Assembly: GCA_964562085.1 (NCBI GenBank)
Contig: CAZLRS010000001.1
Location: 1-32,928, forward strand
Source of the DNA: an uncultured Gammaproteobacteria bacterium
Lineage (GTDB): Bacteria; Patescibacteriota; Patescibacteriia; 2-01-FULL-39-33
Direction: 5' to 3'
Length of the DNA stretch: 32,928 bases
Shown: piece by piece, positions 7,238 through 16,624 of the stretch
Layout of the letters: each line of letters starts with the position of its first letter
Position numbering within the stretch: position 1 is the stretch's first letter
Notes under the pieces: model-generated
What the model saw: only the letters and a program-made list of their open reading frames with translations
Database searches by the model: none
What the model was told of the DNA's origin: nothing
Position numbers and translations under genes: made by a program

Positions 7238-7678
7238 TTGAAAATGAAAAATATCCCCCTTCGGATCGCAACTAAAAAAAAGGTTGTTACCGGCGTCATA
7301 GTTGCTGTTTTTCTCTTAGCGGTTGTTCTTTTGGGACAAGATTATGGCGGCCATGAAGGAGCTAAGGTTTTGGGACAAAATGCGTCAGTAGCCGTTGATT
7401 CGGCCCAATTGGAAAAAGATTATCAAGCTGATTTCAAAAAAATCATCGGCGCTTATTTGGCTTCAATGGCCGCGCGCAATCTGGATGAGACCGCGCTGGC
7501 GCAGACCCAAGCCAGTCAGCAGCGAATCTTGGCGTTGAAGGTGCCGGCGGCGTTCAAGGATTATCATCTGGAGACAGTTTTGCTTTTAGGCGATATCGCC
7601 GATGCCATCACCGCCAAAAATGATTCGGCTTTTTCCACCGGCATCAAAAAATTGGAAGAAATTTTATCGCATTATTAA
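7238..7678 (+). CDS. Membrane-anchored hypothetical protein
   Basis: 146 aa with an N-terminal TM helix (VVTGVIVAVFLLAVVLL) and a helical remainder. Gap to the previous gene is 8 nt. Confidence 0.6.
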   Translation: MKMKNIPLRIATKKKVVTGVIVAVFLLAVVLLGQDYGGHEGAKVLGQNASVAVDSAQLEKDYQADFKKIIGAYLASMAARNLDETALAQTQASQQRILALKVPAAFKDYHLETVLLLGDIADAITAKNDSAFSTGIKKLEEILSHY

Positions 7679-7685
7679 TTGATTT

Positions 7686-8462
7686 ATGTTTTTTTTCTTG
7701 ATTAGAATTCTGCCTTTTGCGGCGCCGGCTTTTTATCTGCTTTTGCTTAATGGCCTATATTACTTCGACCCCGGTCGAACTTGGTATATTTTTATTATCG
7801 CGATTTTGTTCGTGGATTTTGTTTTCTTCTTTTTGGCGAATTTGAAATTAAAAGACAAAAAAATTTTTCCGCTTTTTTTGCACTCGGTTTTATTTGTCGC
7901 TACCGGTGTCGCGGTCATTATGCTGTTAACCAATTATTTGGCGGTTAACCTTTTCGCCTTGGGCTGGAGTTTGATTTATCTGATTTATCTGGAAGCAATT
8001 TTTAATTATTTGTATCAAACCAAAAAGATTTTTCTGATTGACTTCAACAATATCATCGCTTATGTTAACTTGATTGTTTTTTTCCTGATTTCCGCCGTCT
8101 TGTTCAATGTTTACGCCTTTCTTAGTTTTTATAGCTGGGGCGTCTGGGCGATCGTCGTCGTTTCGGCCTGGTTATTATTGTTTAATCGGCTGTTGGTCAG
8201 CGAAGCGCCGTTAGACGCTAAAGCCAGGATCATTTACGCTTCGGCGGAAGTGCTGATTTTGAGCGAATTTTTTTGGGCGGTTTTGACTTGGCCGGTGGCG
8301 TTTTTGGTTTCCGCGATGGTGATGGCCTTGGCTTATTACGCCTTGAGCAGTTTGAGCATTTTATATTTGGAGAAAAAATTAAACCGTCAGTCGCTTTGGC
8401 ATTATTTGGTGTTTATCGGCCTGGCGTTGGTGGCGGTTTTGGCGACCGCGGTCTGGCTGTAA
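7686..8462 (+). CDS. Polytopic integral membrane protein (about 8 TM helices)
   Basis: 258 aa, almost entirely hydrophobic helices. Gap to the previous gene is 7 nt. Confidence 0.65.
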   Translation: MFFFLIRILPFAAPAFYLLLLNGLYYFDPGRTWYIFIIAILFVDFVFFFLANLKLKDKKIFPLFLHSVLFVATGVAVIMLLTNYLAVNLFALGWSLIYLIYLEAIFNYLYQTKKIFLIDFNNIIAYVNLIVFFLISAVLFNVYAFLSFYSWGVWAIVVVSAWLLLFNRLLVSEAPLDAKARIIYASAEVLILSEFFWAVLTWPVAFLVSAMVMALAYYALSSLSILYLEKKLNRQSLWHYLVFIGLALVAVLATAVWL

Positions 8463-8478
8463 TCATTTAAAAATTTTT

Positions 8479-9567
8479 ATGAAATCTTTTTTTCAAAAAG
8501 AATCAATCTTGATTATCATTGTTTCCATAGTTTGCGGCGGGTTGGCCGGAATTTTGGGGATTTCTTTGGTCGGCTTAAACGACTGGCAAATTCCTTTTTT
8601 CGGCCGAGTCAATGTGGCGGACACGGATGCGGATCGGCAGATTGTCATTGACCAGCCGCGGAGCGTGACCGTGGAACAGGATGTGCAGGTGAAGCAAATA
8701 GAAAATAATTTGATGCCGGCGTTAATCAATATTTATCACGCCAAAAAAACCGGTAGCGCCAGCAATCAGGCGTATCTGCCCGCGGAAATTTTGGGGCAGG
8801 GTATCGTGTTCACCGCTAACGGCTGGATGCTGGCGCCGTCAAGCGCGATTGCCAATTTGAAAGTCAAATACTCGGCGGTCGGTTATCAATTGAAGCAATC
8901 TGAATTGGCGAATTTCGTCGCCGATCCCGCCACCGGTTTGGTTTTCGGCCAAATTGGCGGCCGTGATTTGCCGGTGGCCCAGCTCGGCACTGCGAAAAAT
9001 ATCGCCTTGGGTCAGACGCTGATAGTTGTTTCGCAAAGAGCCAATTTGGTTTTGGCGCACGTCAAAAAAATCGGTTATCGGCAGAAAACCAGCCAGGATT
9101 TAATTCAGTCGTCCGAGGCCTTGAATCGGGAAATTTTTTTGGATGTTGAATTGGACCGCAATTTCATCGGCGCCGCGGTAGCGGATTTGAAAGGCGCGGT
9201 CGTCGGCGTTTTTGACGGCAATAAAATTATCGCCGTTGATTATTTCAAGGATGCCGTCAATCAGGTTTTGGCGAATAAAAAAATCGGGCGGGCGGTTTTG
9301 GGCGTTAAATATATTGATTTGGCGTTGGCGGAGGGCTTGATTGATTTTGGCGACAAGGGCGCTTTGCTAATCGGCAGTCCGGCTAAAACCAGTCCGGCTT
9401 ATAATCAGTTGAAAGACGGCGATGTTATTAAGAAAGTTGATGACGTGGAATTGAATTCTTCCCAGAATTTGTCGGAAATTTTAAGCGGCTATCGGTCGGG
9501 CGATATCGTTGATTTCTTAATCCAGCGTGCCGGCAAAGAAGCGACGGTGGAAGTCAAACTGCAGTGA
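8479..9567 (+). CDS. Membrane-anchored HtrA/DegP-like protein with C-terminal PDZ domain; catalytic motifs not detectable (probable pseudoprotease)
   Basis: N-terminal TM helix and a PDZ-like C-terminus (GDVIKKVDDVELNSSQNLSEILSGYRSGDIVDFLIQRAGKEATVEVKL). The trypsin-fold region aligns to HtrA, but GNSGG is replaced by IGAAVADLKGAVVGVF and the TNNHV His block by TANGWMLAP. Confidence 0.7.
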   Translation: MKSFFQKESILIIIVSIVCGGLAGILGISLVGLNDWQIPFFGRVNVADTDADRQIVIDQPRSVTVEQDVQVKQIENNLMPALINIYHAKKTGSASNQAYLPAEILGQGIVFTANGWMLAPSSAIANLKVKYSAVGYQLKQSELANFVADPATGLVFGQIGGRDLPVAQLGTAKNIALGQTLIVVSQRANLVLAHVKKIGYRQKTSQDLIQSSEALNREIFLDVELDRNFIGAAVADLKGAVVGVFDGNKIIAVDYFKDAVNQVLANKKIGRAVLGVKYIDLALAEGLIDFGDKGALLIGSPAKTSPAYNQLKDGDVIKKVDDVELNSSQNLSEILSGYRSGDIVDFLIQRAGKEATVEVKLQ

Positions 9568-9584
9568 TTTCAAGTGTTTTAGGA

Positions 9585-9607
9585 GGCAGGCAGCGCGCCT
9601 GTCTTTT
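9585..9607 (+). terminator. Rho-independent terminator after the HtrA-like gene
   Basis: GGCAGGC-AGCGC-GCCTGTC (7 bp including one G-U) followed by TTTT. Confidence 0.55.
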
Positions 9608-9610
9608 GAT

Positions 9611-9639
9611 TTGGTTAAAACCGTTTTTTGGCATATAAT
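9611..9639 (+). promoter_or_regulatory. Sigma70-type promoter upstream of dnaE
   Basis: TTGGTT 9611-9616, 17-nt spacer, TATAAT 9634-9639. Confidence 0.55.
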
Positions 9640-9667
9640 AATTTTAACTTTTAATAAATTTTTCCCC

Positions 9668-12600
9668 ATGTCGTTTGTCCATCTCCACACCCATTCCCAT
9701 TATTCCCTCCTTGACGGCTTGGGCAAGATTGAGGATTTGGTGCAAAAAGCGGCTCTATTGGGCTTGCCGGCTTTGGCGCTCACCGACCATGGCAATATGT
9801 ACGGCGCCATTGAATTTTATCAGGCCTGCAAAAAAGCGGGAATTAAGCCGATTCTCGGGGTGGAAGCGTATGTCGCTCGCAACGGCCATTTAAACAAACG
9901 GGCGAAACTTGATGAAAAGCCGTATCATCTGATTTTGCTCGCCAAGAATGAAATCGGCTACAAAAGTTTATTGAAATTGGTCACCATCGCCCATTTGGAC
10001 GGTTTTTATTACAAGCCACGAATCGATTTTGAATTGTTGGAAAAATATCATGACGGCCTGATTTGTTCCACCGCTTGTTTGGTCGGCGAATTGCCGTCGC
10101 ATATCGTCAACGGCAATTTGGACGCGGCTAAGGAAATGATTCACCGCTATCAAAAATTATTCGGCTCGGAAAATTTTTATTTGGAAGTCCAGCATCATCC
10201 GGAAATTGAACAGCAGGCGATTGTCAATGAAAAAATTTTTGAATTGAGCAGGGAAACCGGCGCGCCGGTGATCGCCACCAACGATGTTCATTATCCGAAT
10301 CAGGACGACGCTTACGCGCAGGACGTTTTGCTCTGCATCCAGACAAAAAAAGTTTTGTCCGACGCCGACCGAATGTCCTATGTCGGCATTGATCTGTCTT
10401 TTAAATCGCCCGACCAAATGAAAGCCGATTTTGCGGACCATCCGGAGGCGATTGAAAATACTTTGAAAGTGGCCGAGGCGTGCAATTTGGAATTGACCTT
10501 GGGCAAAAATGTTCTGCCGAATTTTCCTTTGCCGGACGAAAAAAGCGCCGATGATTATTTGCGCGAATTGAGCGAAGCTGGATTAATAAAGCGTTTCGGC
10601 GCAGCCGGCATCACATCGGAAATTAGCGAGCGCTTGGAATACGAGCTGGAAACTATCAAAAAAACCGGATTTGCCGGCTACTTTTTAATCGTGCAGGATT
10701 TTATCAACTGGGCGAAAAATAATAATATCATTGTCGGACCGGGACGCGGCAGCGCCGCCGGCAGTTTAGTCGCTTATCTCACTAATATCACCAATCTGGA
10801 TCCAATTAAATATGATTTGGTGTTTGAAAGATTTTTAAATCCCGAACGCGTGTCCATGCCGGATATTGATACTGATTTCGCCGACACTCGGCGGGATGAT
10901 GTCTTGAAATACGTTTCGGACAAATATGGCCATGACCGCGTGGCGCAGATTATCACTTTCGGCACCATGGCGGCGCGCGCCGCCATCCGCGACGTCGGCC
11001 GGGTTATGGGCCTGCCTTACAGCTATTGCGACCGCGCGGCGAAATTAATTCCCATGTTCACCAAGCTGGACGAAGCGCTGGCCCTGGTGCCGGAATTGAA
11101 AGAAATCGCGCGGGAAGCCGACGGCGAAAAATTAATCAACACCGCCAAAAGATTGGAAGGCGTGGTTCGCCACGCTTCCACCCACGCTTGCGGGGTGGTA
11201 ATTACGCCCGGACCGCTGGACGATTATGCTCCGCGCCAGTTTGGCAGCCAGGGCGATGATTCCATTGTGATTCAATACGAGATGCACGCGGTTGAGAATT
11301 TGGGCTTGTTGAAAATGGATTTTTTGGGTTTGAGCAATCTGACGATTATTGAGCAGGCGCTGGATATCATTGATAAAATTCATCAGCAAAAAATTAATAT
11401 TGACAATATCCCTTTGGCTGACGCCAAGACCTTTAAATTATTTCAGGACGGCCGAACCACCGGCGTTTTCCAATTTGAGTCCGCCGGCATGAAACGTTAT
11501 CTGAAACAGCTCCAGCCGAACGAATTGGAGGATATTATCGCGATGGTGGCGCTCTATCGCCCGGGTCCGATTGAATATATTCCCGACTATATTGCCGGCA
11601 AGCACGGCCGGAAAAAACCGCAGTATTTGCACCCGAAGCTGAAGCCGATTTTGGAAAAAACTTACGGCGTAGCGGTTTATCAGGAACAGTTGTTGCGCAT
11701 CGCGCGCGACTTGGCCGGCTTCACTTACGGCGAGGCGGATATTTTGCGCAAGGCCGTCGGCAAAAAAATCGCCAAACTTTTGGCGGAGCAGGAAGAAAAA
11801 ATCATCAAGGGCATGATTAATAACGGCATTGAAGAAAAAGTGGCGAAAAAAATCTGGGAATTCATTTTGCCATTCGCTTCCTATGGCTTCAATCGCTCCC
11901 ACGCCGCTTGCTATGCTTTAATCGGCTATCAAACCGCCTGGCTCAAAGCGAATTATCCGGCGGAATTCATGGCGGCGCTGATGACCGCCGACCAGCAAAA
12001 TACCGACCGCATTGCCATTGAAGCCGAAGAATGCCGGCAAATGGGTCTGGCGGTTTTGCCCCCGGACATCAACGAAAGTTATTCCACTTTCACGGTGGTG
12101 GCGGAAAGCTTGAAAACCGAACAGCCGCGCGTTCGCTTCGGCTTGCTGGCGGTCAAGGGTTTGGGAGAAAATATCGTCAAAGCGATTATTCGGGAAAGAA
12201 AAGAAAACGGCCAGTATCTTAATTTGGAAGATTTTTTAAGCCGGGTGAAGAATAAGGATTTGAACAAAAAATCAATGGAAGCGCTGATTAAATCCGGCTC
12301 ATTGGATTGTTTTGAGGAGCGCCACAAGCTTTTGGCCAATCTGGACCGGCTATTGGTTTTCACGCAGGAAGCGAATAAAACCGCCAGCCAGGACAGTTTG
12401 TTCAGTTTGTCGCCGAGCATGAATCTTGCAAGGTTGCGTCTCATTGACGGCTCGGTTTCGGATAAAAGGCAGAATCTCACTTGGGAAAAAGAATTTCTCG
12501 GTTTGTATGTTTCCGCCCATCCGTTGCATGATTTTTCCGACCGGATTAAGGAGTTGGTTATCGCTTGCGCCACTTTGCGAAATTGCGCCAATAATGCCAC

Positions 12601-13138
12601 GGTGCGCGTTGCCGGCGTGATTACGGTGATTAAAAAGATTTACACCAAAAAAGGCGACGCCATGGTTTTCGCCAAAATTGAAGACGGAAGCGGAGAGGTG
12701 GAAATCCTGGTTTTTCCCAAGGTGCTGGCGGAAAATCCGACACTCTGGCAGGTGGATAATATTATCGCCTGTTGCGGCAAGACCTCGGATAAGGACGGCG
12801 AAATCAAAATTTTATGCGACCGCGCCGCCTTGCTTCAATTGGAAAACGTGGAAGAAGTTTTTAATCATCATTTGAAAAATGGCGATAACGGTTTTAAAGG
12901 CGCGGATAACGGCTTTAAAAGCGCGGTCATTAATCTGGAAGCGCCGTTGGACCACGGCTTGTCCCGCCGATTGCGGGATTTATTTTATCAATTTCCGGGC
13001 AATTATTTTTTACATTTGCTGGTGAAAAAAGAAGCGGGAAGCCAGAAAATCCGCACCAGCTTCAAAGTAAATTGCAACGAAGCGTTCAAAAACGAGGTGG
13101 AAAAAATAATTGGCGCCGGCCGGGTTGTGGTTGATTAA
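9668..13138 (+). CDS. dnaE: DNA polymerase III alpha subunit
   Basis: Starts at MSFVHLHTHSHYSLLDG (PHP domain). It has polymerase core blocks (GPGRGSAAGSLVAYLTNIT, MPDIDTDF, KMDFLGL) and OB-fold region follows. The ATG at 9668 is preferred over the ORF-track start 9527, which would run through the terminator and promoter. Confidence 0.95.
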   Translation: MSFVHLHTHSHYSLLDGLGKIEDLVQKAALLGLPALALTDHGNMYGAIEFYQACKKAGIKPILGVEAYVARNGHLNKRAKLDEKPYHLILLAKNEIGYKSLLKLVTIAHLDGFYYKPRIDFELLEKYHDGLICSTACLVGELPSHIVNGNLDAAKEMIHRYQKLFGSENFYLEVQHHPEIEQQAIVNEKIFELSRETGAPVIATNDVHYPNQDDAYAQDVLLCIQTKKVLSDADRMSYVGIDLSFKSPDQMKADFADHPEAIENTLKVAEACNLELTLGKNVLPNFPLPDEKSADDYLRELSEAGLIKRFGAAGITSEISERLEYELETIKKTGFAGYFLIVQDFINWAKNNNIIVGPGRGSAAGSLVAYLTNITNLDPIKYDLVFERFLNPERVSMPDIDTDFADTRRDDVLKYVSDKYGHDRVAQIITFGTMAARAAIRDVGRVMGLPYSYCDRAAKLIPMFTKLDEALALVPELKEIAREADGEKLINTAKRLEGVVRHASTHACGVVITPGPLDDYAPRQFGSQGDDSIVIQYEMHAVENLGLLKMDFLGLSNLTIIEQALDIIDKIHQQKINIDNIPLADAKTFKLFQDGRTTGVFQFESAGMKRYLKQLQPNELEDIIAMVALYRPGPIEYIPDYIAGKHGRKKPQYLHPKLKPILEKTYGVAVYQEQLLRIARDLAGFTYGEADILRKAVGKKIAKLLAEQEEKIIKGMINNGIEEKVAKKIWEFILPFASYGFNRSHAACYALIGYQTAWLKANYPAEFMAALMTADQQNTDRIAIEAEECRQMGLAVLPPDINESYSTFTVVAESLKTEQPRVRFGLLAVKGLGENIVKAIIRERKENGQYLNLEDFLSRVKNKDLNKKSMEALIKSGSLDCFEERHKLLANLDRLLVFTQEANKTASQDSLFSLSPSMNLARLRLIDGSVSDKRQNLTWEKEFLGLYVSAHPLHDFSDRIKELVIACATLRNCANNATVRVAGVITVIKKIYTKKGDAMVFAKIEDGSGEVEILVFPKVLAENPTLWQVDNIIACCGKTSDKDGEIKILCDRAALLQLENVEEVFNHHLKNGDNGFKGADNGFKSAVINLEAPLDHGLSRRLRDLFYQFPGNYFLHLLVKKEAGSQKIRTSFKVNCNEAFKNEVEKIIGAGRVVVD

Positions 13139-13240
13139 TGGTTTGTGGTATAATATGAAGTAGTTAGACCTCGTCATTGCGAGGAGCCACCAGGCGACGA
13201 AGCAATCTAATTTATCCTTAATTTTTTATACTAAAACCCC

Positions 13241-14266
13241 ATGAACGAACAAAGCAATCCGCAATTTAATGAACCAACTCAAAACTCCAAAGCCATTTTG
13301 GCAATTGTTATTTCAATAATTGTCACCGCCTTGATTGTCGGCGGTGGAGTTTACGCCTGGCAAAAGTCAAACCTAAAATTAGCCGAGCAATCTTTACAGC
13401 AACAAATTACAAATTTGAAAAATCAAATCAGCCAGCTTCAGCAAACGCAACTCACGCAAAATCTGTCAAATAACGACAATACTTTAGCCACCTATCAAAA
13501 TCAGCAGTATGGTTTTGAGTTTCAATACCCGAAAGATTGGCCGGAACCGACCATGGCCAGTGGATTTTTAAGCGGTGGTTATCCCTCAGAAAAATCAAAA
13601 TGGGTGTTACATGTTGGTGATTTCGGTCGAGGGCAATGCGAAGGGGTGGATTGCGCTCCATATGAGTTGGCCGGATTTTCTGTTTTGAATTATAATTCTG
13701 CTCTCGTTTCGCTTCAAAAAAATAATTTTATTAGCGGAATTAAAGAAACCAATATTAATGGCTTGAAGGTTATTTCTTATATTGAGAGTGGAATGCGAGC
13801 CGACCAAGTCGCTTTAATTTTTGGGTCAACCCAAACTTTAAAGCTGGTTAATGTTTGGGGCGAGAAAAAATACTTTGACCAGATAATTTCCACTTTAAAA
13901 CTAGCGGAATCTCAAGATGTTGTTTATACAAATTCAACCTATGGTTTTACCCTGAATTTTCCGCAAAGCTGGAAAGGTTTTATCGCTAAGGATAGGACTG
14001 CAGATTGGGGAGAAAATGGCACTGTTAAAATTGTGGATTTTGGTTTTTCTAGTCCAAGCGCAGCATTTTTTATTAGCGTACATTCAAAAAGTCAATGGCA
14101 AAAAATTAAAGCTGAATCCGAACTCATTACTCCTATATATTTAGGAGAAAATAGTCAGTATGTCTTCGGATATACGCCGGCTCAAGATGGTCCGAATGAT
14201 GCTACCACTAGCGCGAGAATGGCAGCGATTGAAGGTATTGTAAAAACTTTTAAAATTACCCAATAA
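13241..14266 (+). CDS. Membrane-anchored hypothetical protein (TM helix, Q-rich coiled coil, two YGF..P..W modules)
   Basis: 341 aa with TM helix AILAIVISIIVTALIVGGGVYAW, then LQQQITNLKNQISQLQQTQ. Two modules begin YGFEFQYPKDW and YGFTLNFPQSW. TATACT 13227-13232 lies 8 nt before the ATG. Confidence 0.65.
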   Translation: MNEQSNPQFNEPTQNSKAILAIVISIIVTALIVGGGVYAWQKSNLKLAEQSLQQQITNLKNQISQLQQTQLTQNLSNNDNTLATYQNQQYGFEFQYPKDWPEPTMASGFLSGGYPSEKSKWVLHVGDFGRGQCEGVDCAPYELAGFSVLNYNSALVSLQKNNFISGIKETNINGLKVISYIESGMRADQVALIFGSTQTLKLVNVWGEKKYFDQIISTLKLAESQDVVYTNSTYGFTLNFPQSWKGFIAKDRTADWGENGTVKIVDFGFSSPSAAFFISVHSKSQWQKIKAESELITPIYLGENSQYVFGYTPAQDGPNDATTSARMAAIEGIVKTFKITQ

Positions 14267-14292
14267 ATTATTTGTTTTTTATAAAGCAATGG

Positions 14293-14312
14293 ATTCCCGC
14301 CTGCGCGGGAAT
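14293..14312. other. Isolated GC-rich 8-bp hairpin in an AT-rich spacer
   Basis: ATTCCCGC-CTGC-GCGGGAAT. No T-run follows, so it is not a canonical terminator. Confidence 0.6.
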
Positions 14313-14353
14313 GACACATAATTGAAAATTATTAAATTTTGACATTATACAAT

Positions 14354-15292
14354 ATGCAATTTCCCATGCTTGCAGTCGTTCTCGCCGTGCTTGGCATCGG
14401 CTGGTATTTGATCCAGCGGAATAAAAGCGGCGCTGGCAATACTTTTAGCGTTTCCAGCGCGCCGGCGACGCCGGTGCTGGCGAAATACGCCCGCGATTTG
14501 ACCAAAATGGCGCAGGAAAAGAAGCTGGATCCGGTTATCGGCCGGGAACAGGAAATTTCCCGCGTGATTCAGATTCTCTCTCGCCGGACGAAAAACAATC
14601 CGATTTTAATCGGCGAGGCCGGTATTGGCAAGACCGCCATCGTGGAGGGTTTGGCTTTGGCGATTAAAGAAAAAAAAGTGCCCCCCATGCTTTATAACAA
14701 AAGAGTGCTGGGTTTGGATTTGAGCGGTTTGTTGGCCGGCACCAAATATCGCGGTGAATTTGAACAGCGGTTGAAAAAAATCGTGGATGAAATCGTCAGC
14801 GCCAAAAGAGTGATTGTTTTATTCATTGATGAAATCCACATGCTGGCCGAGGCCGGCGAAGCCGAAGGCGCGATTGACGCCGCCGATATTTTAAAGCCGT
14901 TGCTCGCCCGCGGGGATTTACAGGTGATTGGCGCCACCACCCGCGAGGAATACGAAAAATATATTAAGAAAGATAAGACCTTGGACCGCCGGCTCCAGCC
15001 GATTTTTGTCGCCGAGCCGACGCCGGAAATGACAGTGAAGATTTTGGAAGGCATTAAAAATGTTTACGAAAAATATCATCAGGTGAAAATTCAGCCCGCG
15101 GCCTTGAAAGAAGCGGTGAAAGCCACCGCCTTTATCACCGAGCGCACTTATCCGGATAAAGCGATTGACGCGATTGACGAGGCCTGCTCCAAAGAACGGC
15201 TTAATTTCATCGGCAAAAAAACTACGGCCTGGCCCGAAGTGTCCGCCTCGGACGTGAGGGGCGTGGTCACGGAATGGAAGCGCAACCGCTAA
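14354..15292 (+). CDS. Clp/Hsp100-type AAA+ ATPase consisting only of an N-terminal TM helix plus the D1 module
   Basis: [44 protein letters not shown] (Walker A), [10 protein letters not shown] (Walker B), [17 protein letters not shown] and [12 protein letters not shown] match ClpA/B/C D1. It is preceded by [17 protein letters not shown]. There is no Clp_N, M-domain or D2. Start is uncertain: ATG 14354 or 14366, with the track TTG 14339 unlikely. Confidence 0.8.
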   Translation: MQFPMLAVVLAVLGIGWYLIQRNKSGAGNTFSVSSAPATPVLAKYARDLTKMAQEKKLDPVIGREQEISRVIQILSRRTKNNPILIGEAGIGKTAIVEGLALAIKEKKVPPMLYNKRVLGLDLSGLLAGTKYRGEFEQRLKKIVDEIVSAKRVIVLFIDEIHMLAEAGEAEGAIDAADILKPLLARGDLQVIGATTREEYEKYIKKDKTLDRRLQPIFVAEPTPEMTVKILEGIKNVYEKYHQVKIQPAALKEAVKATAFITERTYPDKAIDAIDEACSKERLNFIGKKTTAWPEVSASDVRGVVTEWKRNR

Positions 15293-15323
15293 TTATGGCT
15301 TTTAATTTTTTATCATAAAAAAT

Positions 15324-16442
15324 ATGCCCGCCAAAAAAGTTCCCAAAATCAATCTTTATCGCAACATCTCCATCAGTTTTATCGTTTTTACAGCCATGCT
15401 TCTGTGCGCCGTGTTTTTGGCGTTTTATAACGAAGCGTTGATTATCGTGACGGCCGAACCCCAGGAAATTGATTTGAATTTTAATGCTGAAGTGAAAGCC
15501 GAACCGACGATTGCTGATTTGGCGGAAAAAGATGTTTTGGCCGGTTCGTTGGCGGTGGTGGAAAAAACCGGTGAAGGCGATTTCGCGGTTAAAAGCACTA
15601 AGACCGTGAGTTCAGCCATTGTCGGCCAAGTTAAGATTGTCAATAATTCCACTCGCAACCAGCCCTTGGTCAAAACCACCCAGCTTCAGGCGGCCAACGG
15701 CGTCATTGTCCGAACCAATGAAACGGTGACGGTGCCGGCCGGTGGCGACGTTTCGGTTGACGTTTATCCGAAAGAGCCGGAAAGTTTTCAAGCGATCGCG
15801 CCTGGCAATTTAACGATTATCAAATTATCGCCGAGTTTGCAGGATAAAATTTACGGCGTCGCGAACAAGACCATGAGCACCGACCCGCGCGAAGTCAAGA
15901 TTTTGTCCGAGAGCGACATCAATAAAGCCAAAACTGAATTGAGCGCCCAGCTGGCCGAAGCGGTTAAAAAAGAATTGGGGCTGAAAGAATCCGACCAAAT
16001 TACGCCGGAGATTGTAAGCTTTAAGACCGACAAAAAAGCCGGCGATGAAACCGATACTTTTAAATTGACCATGGCAGTTAAAGCCAAATATCTGCAATTT
16101 GACCAAAATCAATTAATGGCATTGGTTAATAAAAAAATCAACAATCTGAATCTGACGGGATTGGCGGTGGGCGATATCACGCCGGTCAATTTGATTTATA
16201 CGATTGTGGACGATAATTTGGCCGGCAGCGTTTTAATCAAAGTTAATTATTTATTATCGGCGAAATTGGGCTTGGACAGTCCGGTTTTGGACAAGCAAAA
16301 TTTGGCCGGCAAATCCATTGAAGTGGCGAAAGAATACTTAAGTCAGAGCGACCTGATCAAAGACGCGCAAATTACGGTTTCACCGTATTGGCGAAAATCC
16401 TTGCCCAAGCAGGCGGATAAAATCAGAATTATCATCAAATAA
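15324..16442 (+). CDS. Membrane-anchored hypothetical protein
   Basis: 372 aa with an N-terminal TM helix (ISISFIVFTAMLLCAVFLAFY) and a beta-rich extracytoplasmic remainder. No recognisable motif. Confidence 0.65.
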   Translation: MPAKKVPKINLYRNISISFIVFTAMLLCAVFLAFYNEALIIVTAEPQEIDLNFNAEVKAEPTIADLAEKDVLAGSLAVVEKTGEGDFAVKSTKTVSSAIVGQVKIVNNSTRNQPLVKTTQLQAANGVIVRTNETVTVPAGGDVSVDVYPKEPESFQAIAPGNLTIIKLSPSLQDKIYGVANKTMSTDPREVKILSESDINKAKTELSAQLAEAVKKELGLKESDQITPEIVSFKTDKKAGDETDTFKLTMAVKAKYLQFDQNQLMALVNKKINNLNLTGLAVGDITPVNLIYTIVDDNLAGSVLIKVNYLLSAKLGLDSPVLDKQNLAGKSIEVAKEYLSQSDLIKDAQITVSPYWRKSLPKQADKIRIIIK

Positions 16443-16443
16443 T

Positions 16444-16575
16444 ATGGTGGAGAAAAAATTAAAAACCGAAGTTAAAGCCAAGGTGAGCGCGAAGCGGGTT
16501 TCCGTTATGGCCGGCATGGTTTTAGGCGCCAGCGCGCTAATCGGCGCGATTTTGACTTTTGTCGTCACGCGGTAA
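16444..16575 (+). CDS. 43-aa single-pass membrane micro-protein (not in ORF track)
   Basis: The ATG is 1 nt after the preceding stop. Sequence is MVEKKLKTEVKAKVSAKRVSVMAGMVLGASALIGAILTFVVTR, with a basic N-terminus plus TM helix. It is followed at once by a strong terminator. Confidence 0.5.
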   Translation: MVEKKLKTEVKAKVSAKRVSVMAGMVLGASALIGAILTFVVTR

Positions 16576-16594
16576 GTTCAATTTTAATAAAAAG

Positions 16595-16624
16595 TGGCCC
16601 CCAGATTATTTGGGGCCATTTTTT
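16595..16624 (+). terminator. Rho-independent terminator
   Basis: TGGCCCC-AGATTATTT-GGGGCCA followed by a T6 run. Confidence 0.75.

Noticed and set aside
9527-9667. ORF-track start of dnaE at 9527 (47 extra N-terminal residues).
   Set aside because: The extension overlaps the preceding gene and runs through a terminator hairpin (9585-9607) and a consensus promoter (9611-9639). The conserved PHP-domain N-terminus MSFVHLHTHSHYS begins at ATG 9668.
11438-12600. 154-aa and 173-aa minus-strand ORFs inside dnaE (11438-11902 and 12079-12600).
   Set aside because: They are antisense shadows of a strongly supported 1157-aa gene. The same reasoning applies to the other small in-gene ORFs of the track, such as 10157-10441 and 11132-11389.
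12884-12925. Tandem 21-nt duplication inside dnaE (GATAACGGTTTTAAAGGCGCG / GATAACGGCTTTAAAAGCGCG, encoding DNGFKGA-DNGFKSA).
   Set aside because: It is real but trivial: an in-frame duplication in a poorly conserved C-terminal linker, with no evidence of function.
14339-14353. TTG start of the Clp-like ORF at 14339.
   Set aside because: TTGACA here looks like part of the AT-rich promoter-like repeat. ATG 14354 or 14366 directly precedes the TM helix.
16380-16568. 62-aa minus-strand ORF.
   Set aside because: It is antisense to the end of the 15324-16442 gene and to a better-supported plus-strand micro-ORF (ATG 1 nt after a stop, TM helix, terminator). It has no start context of its own.
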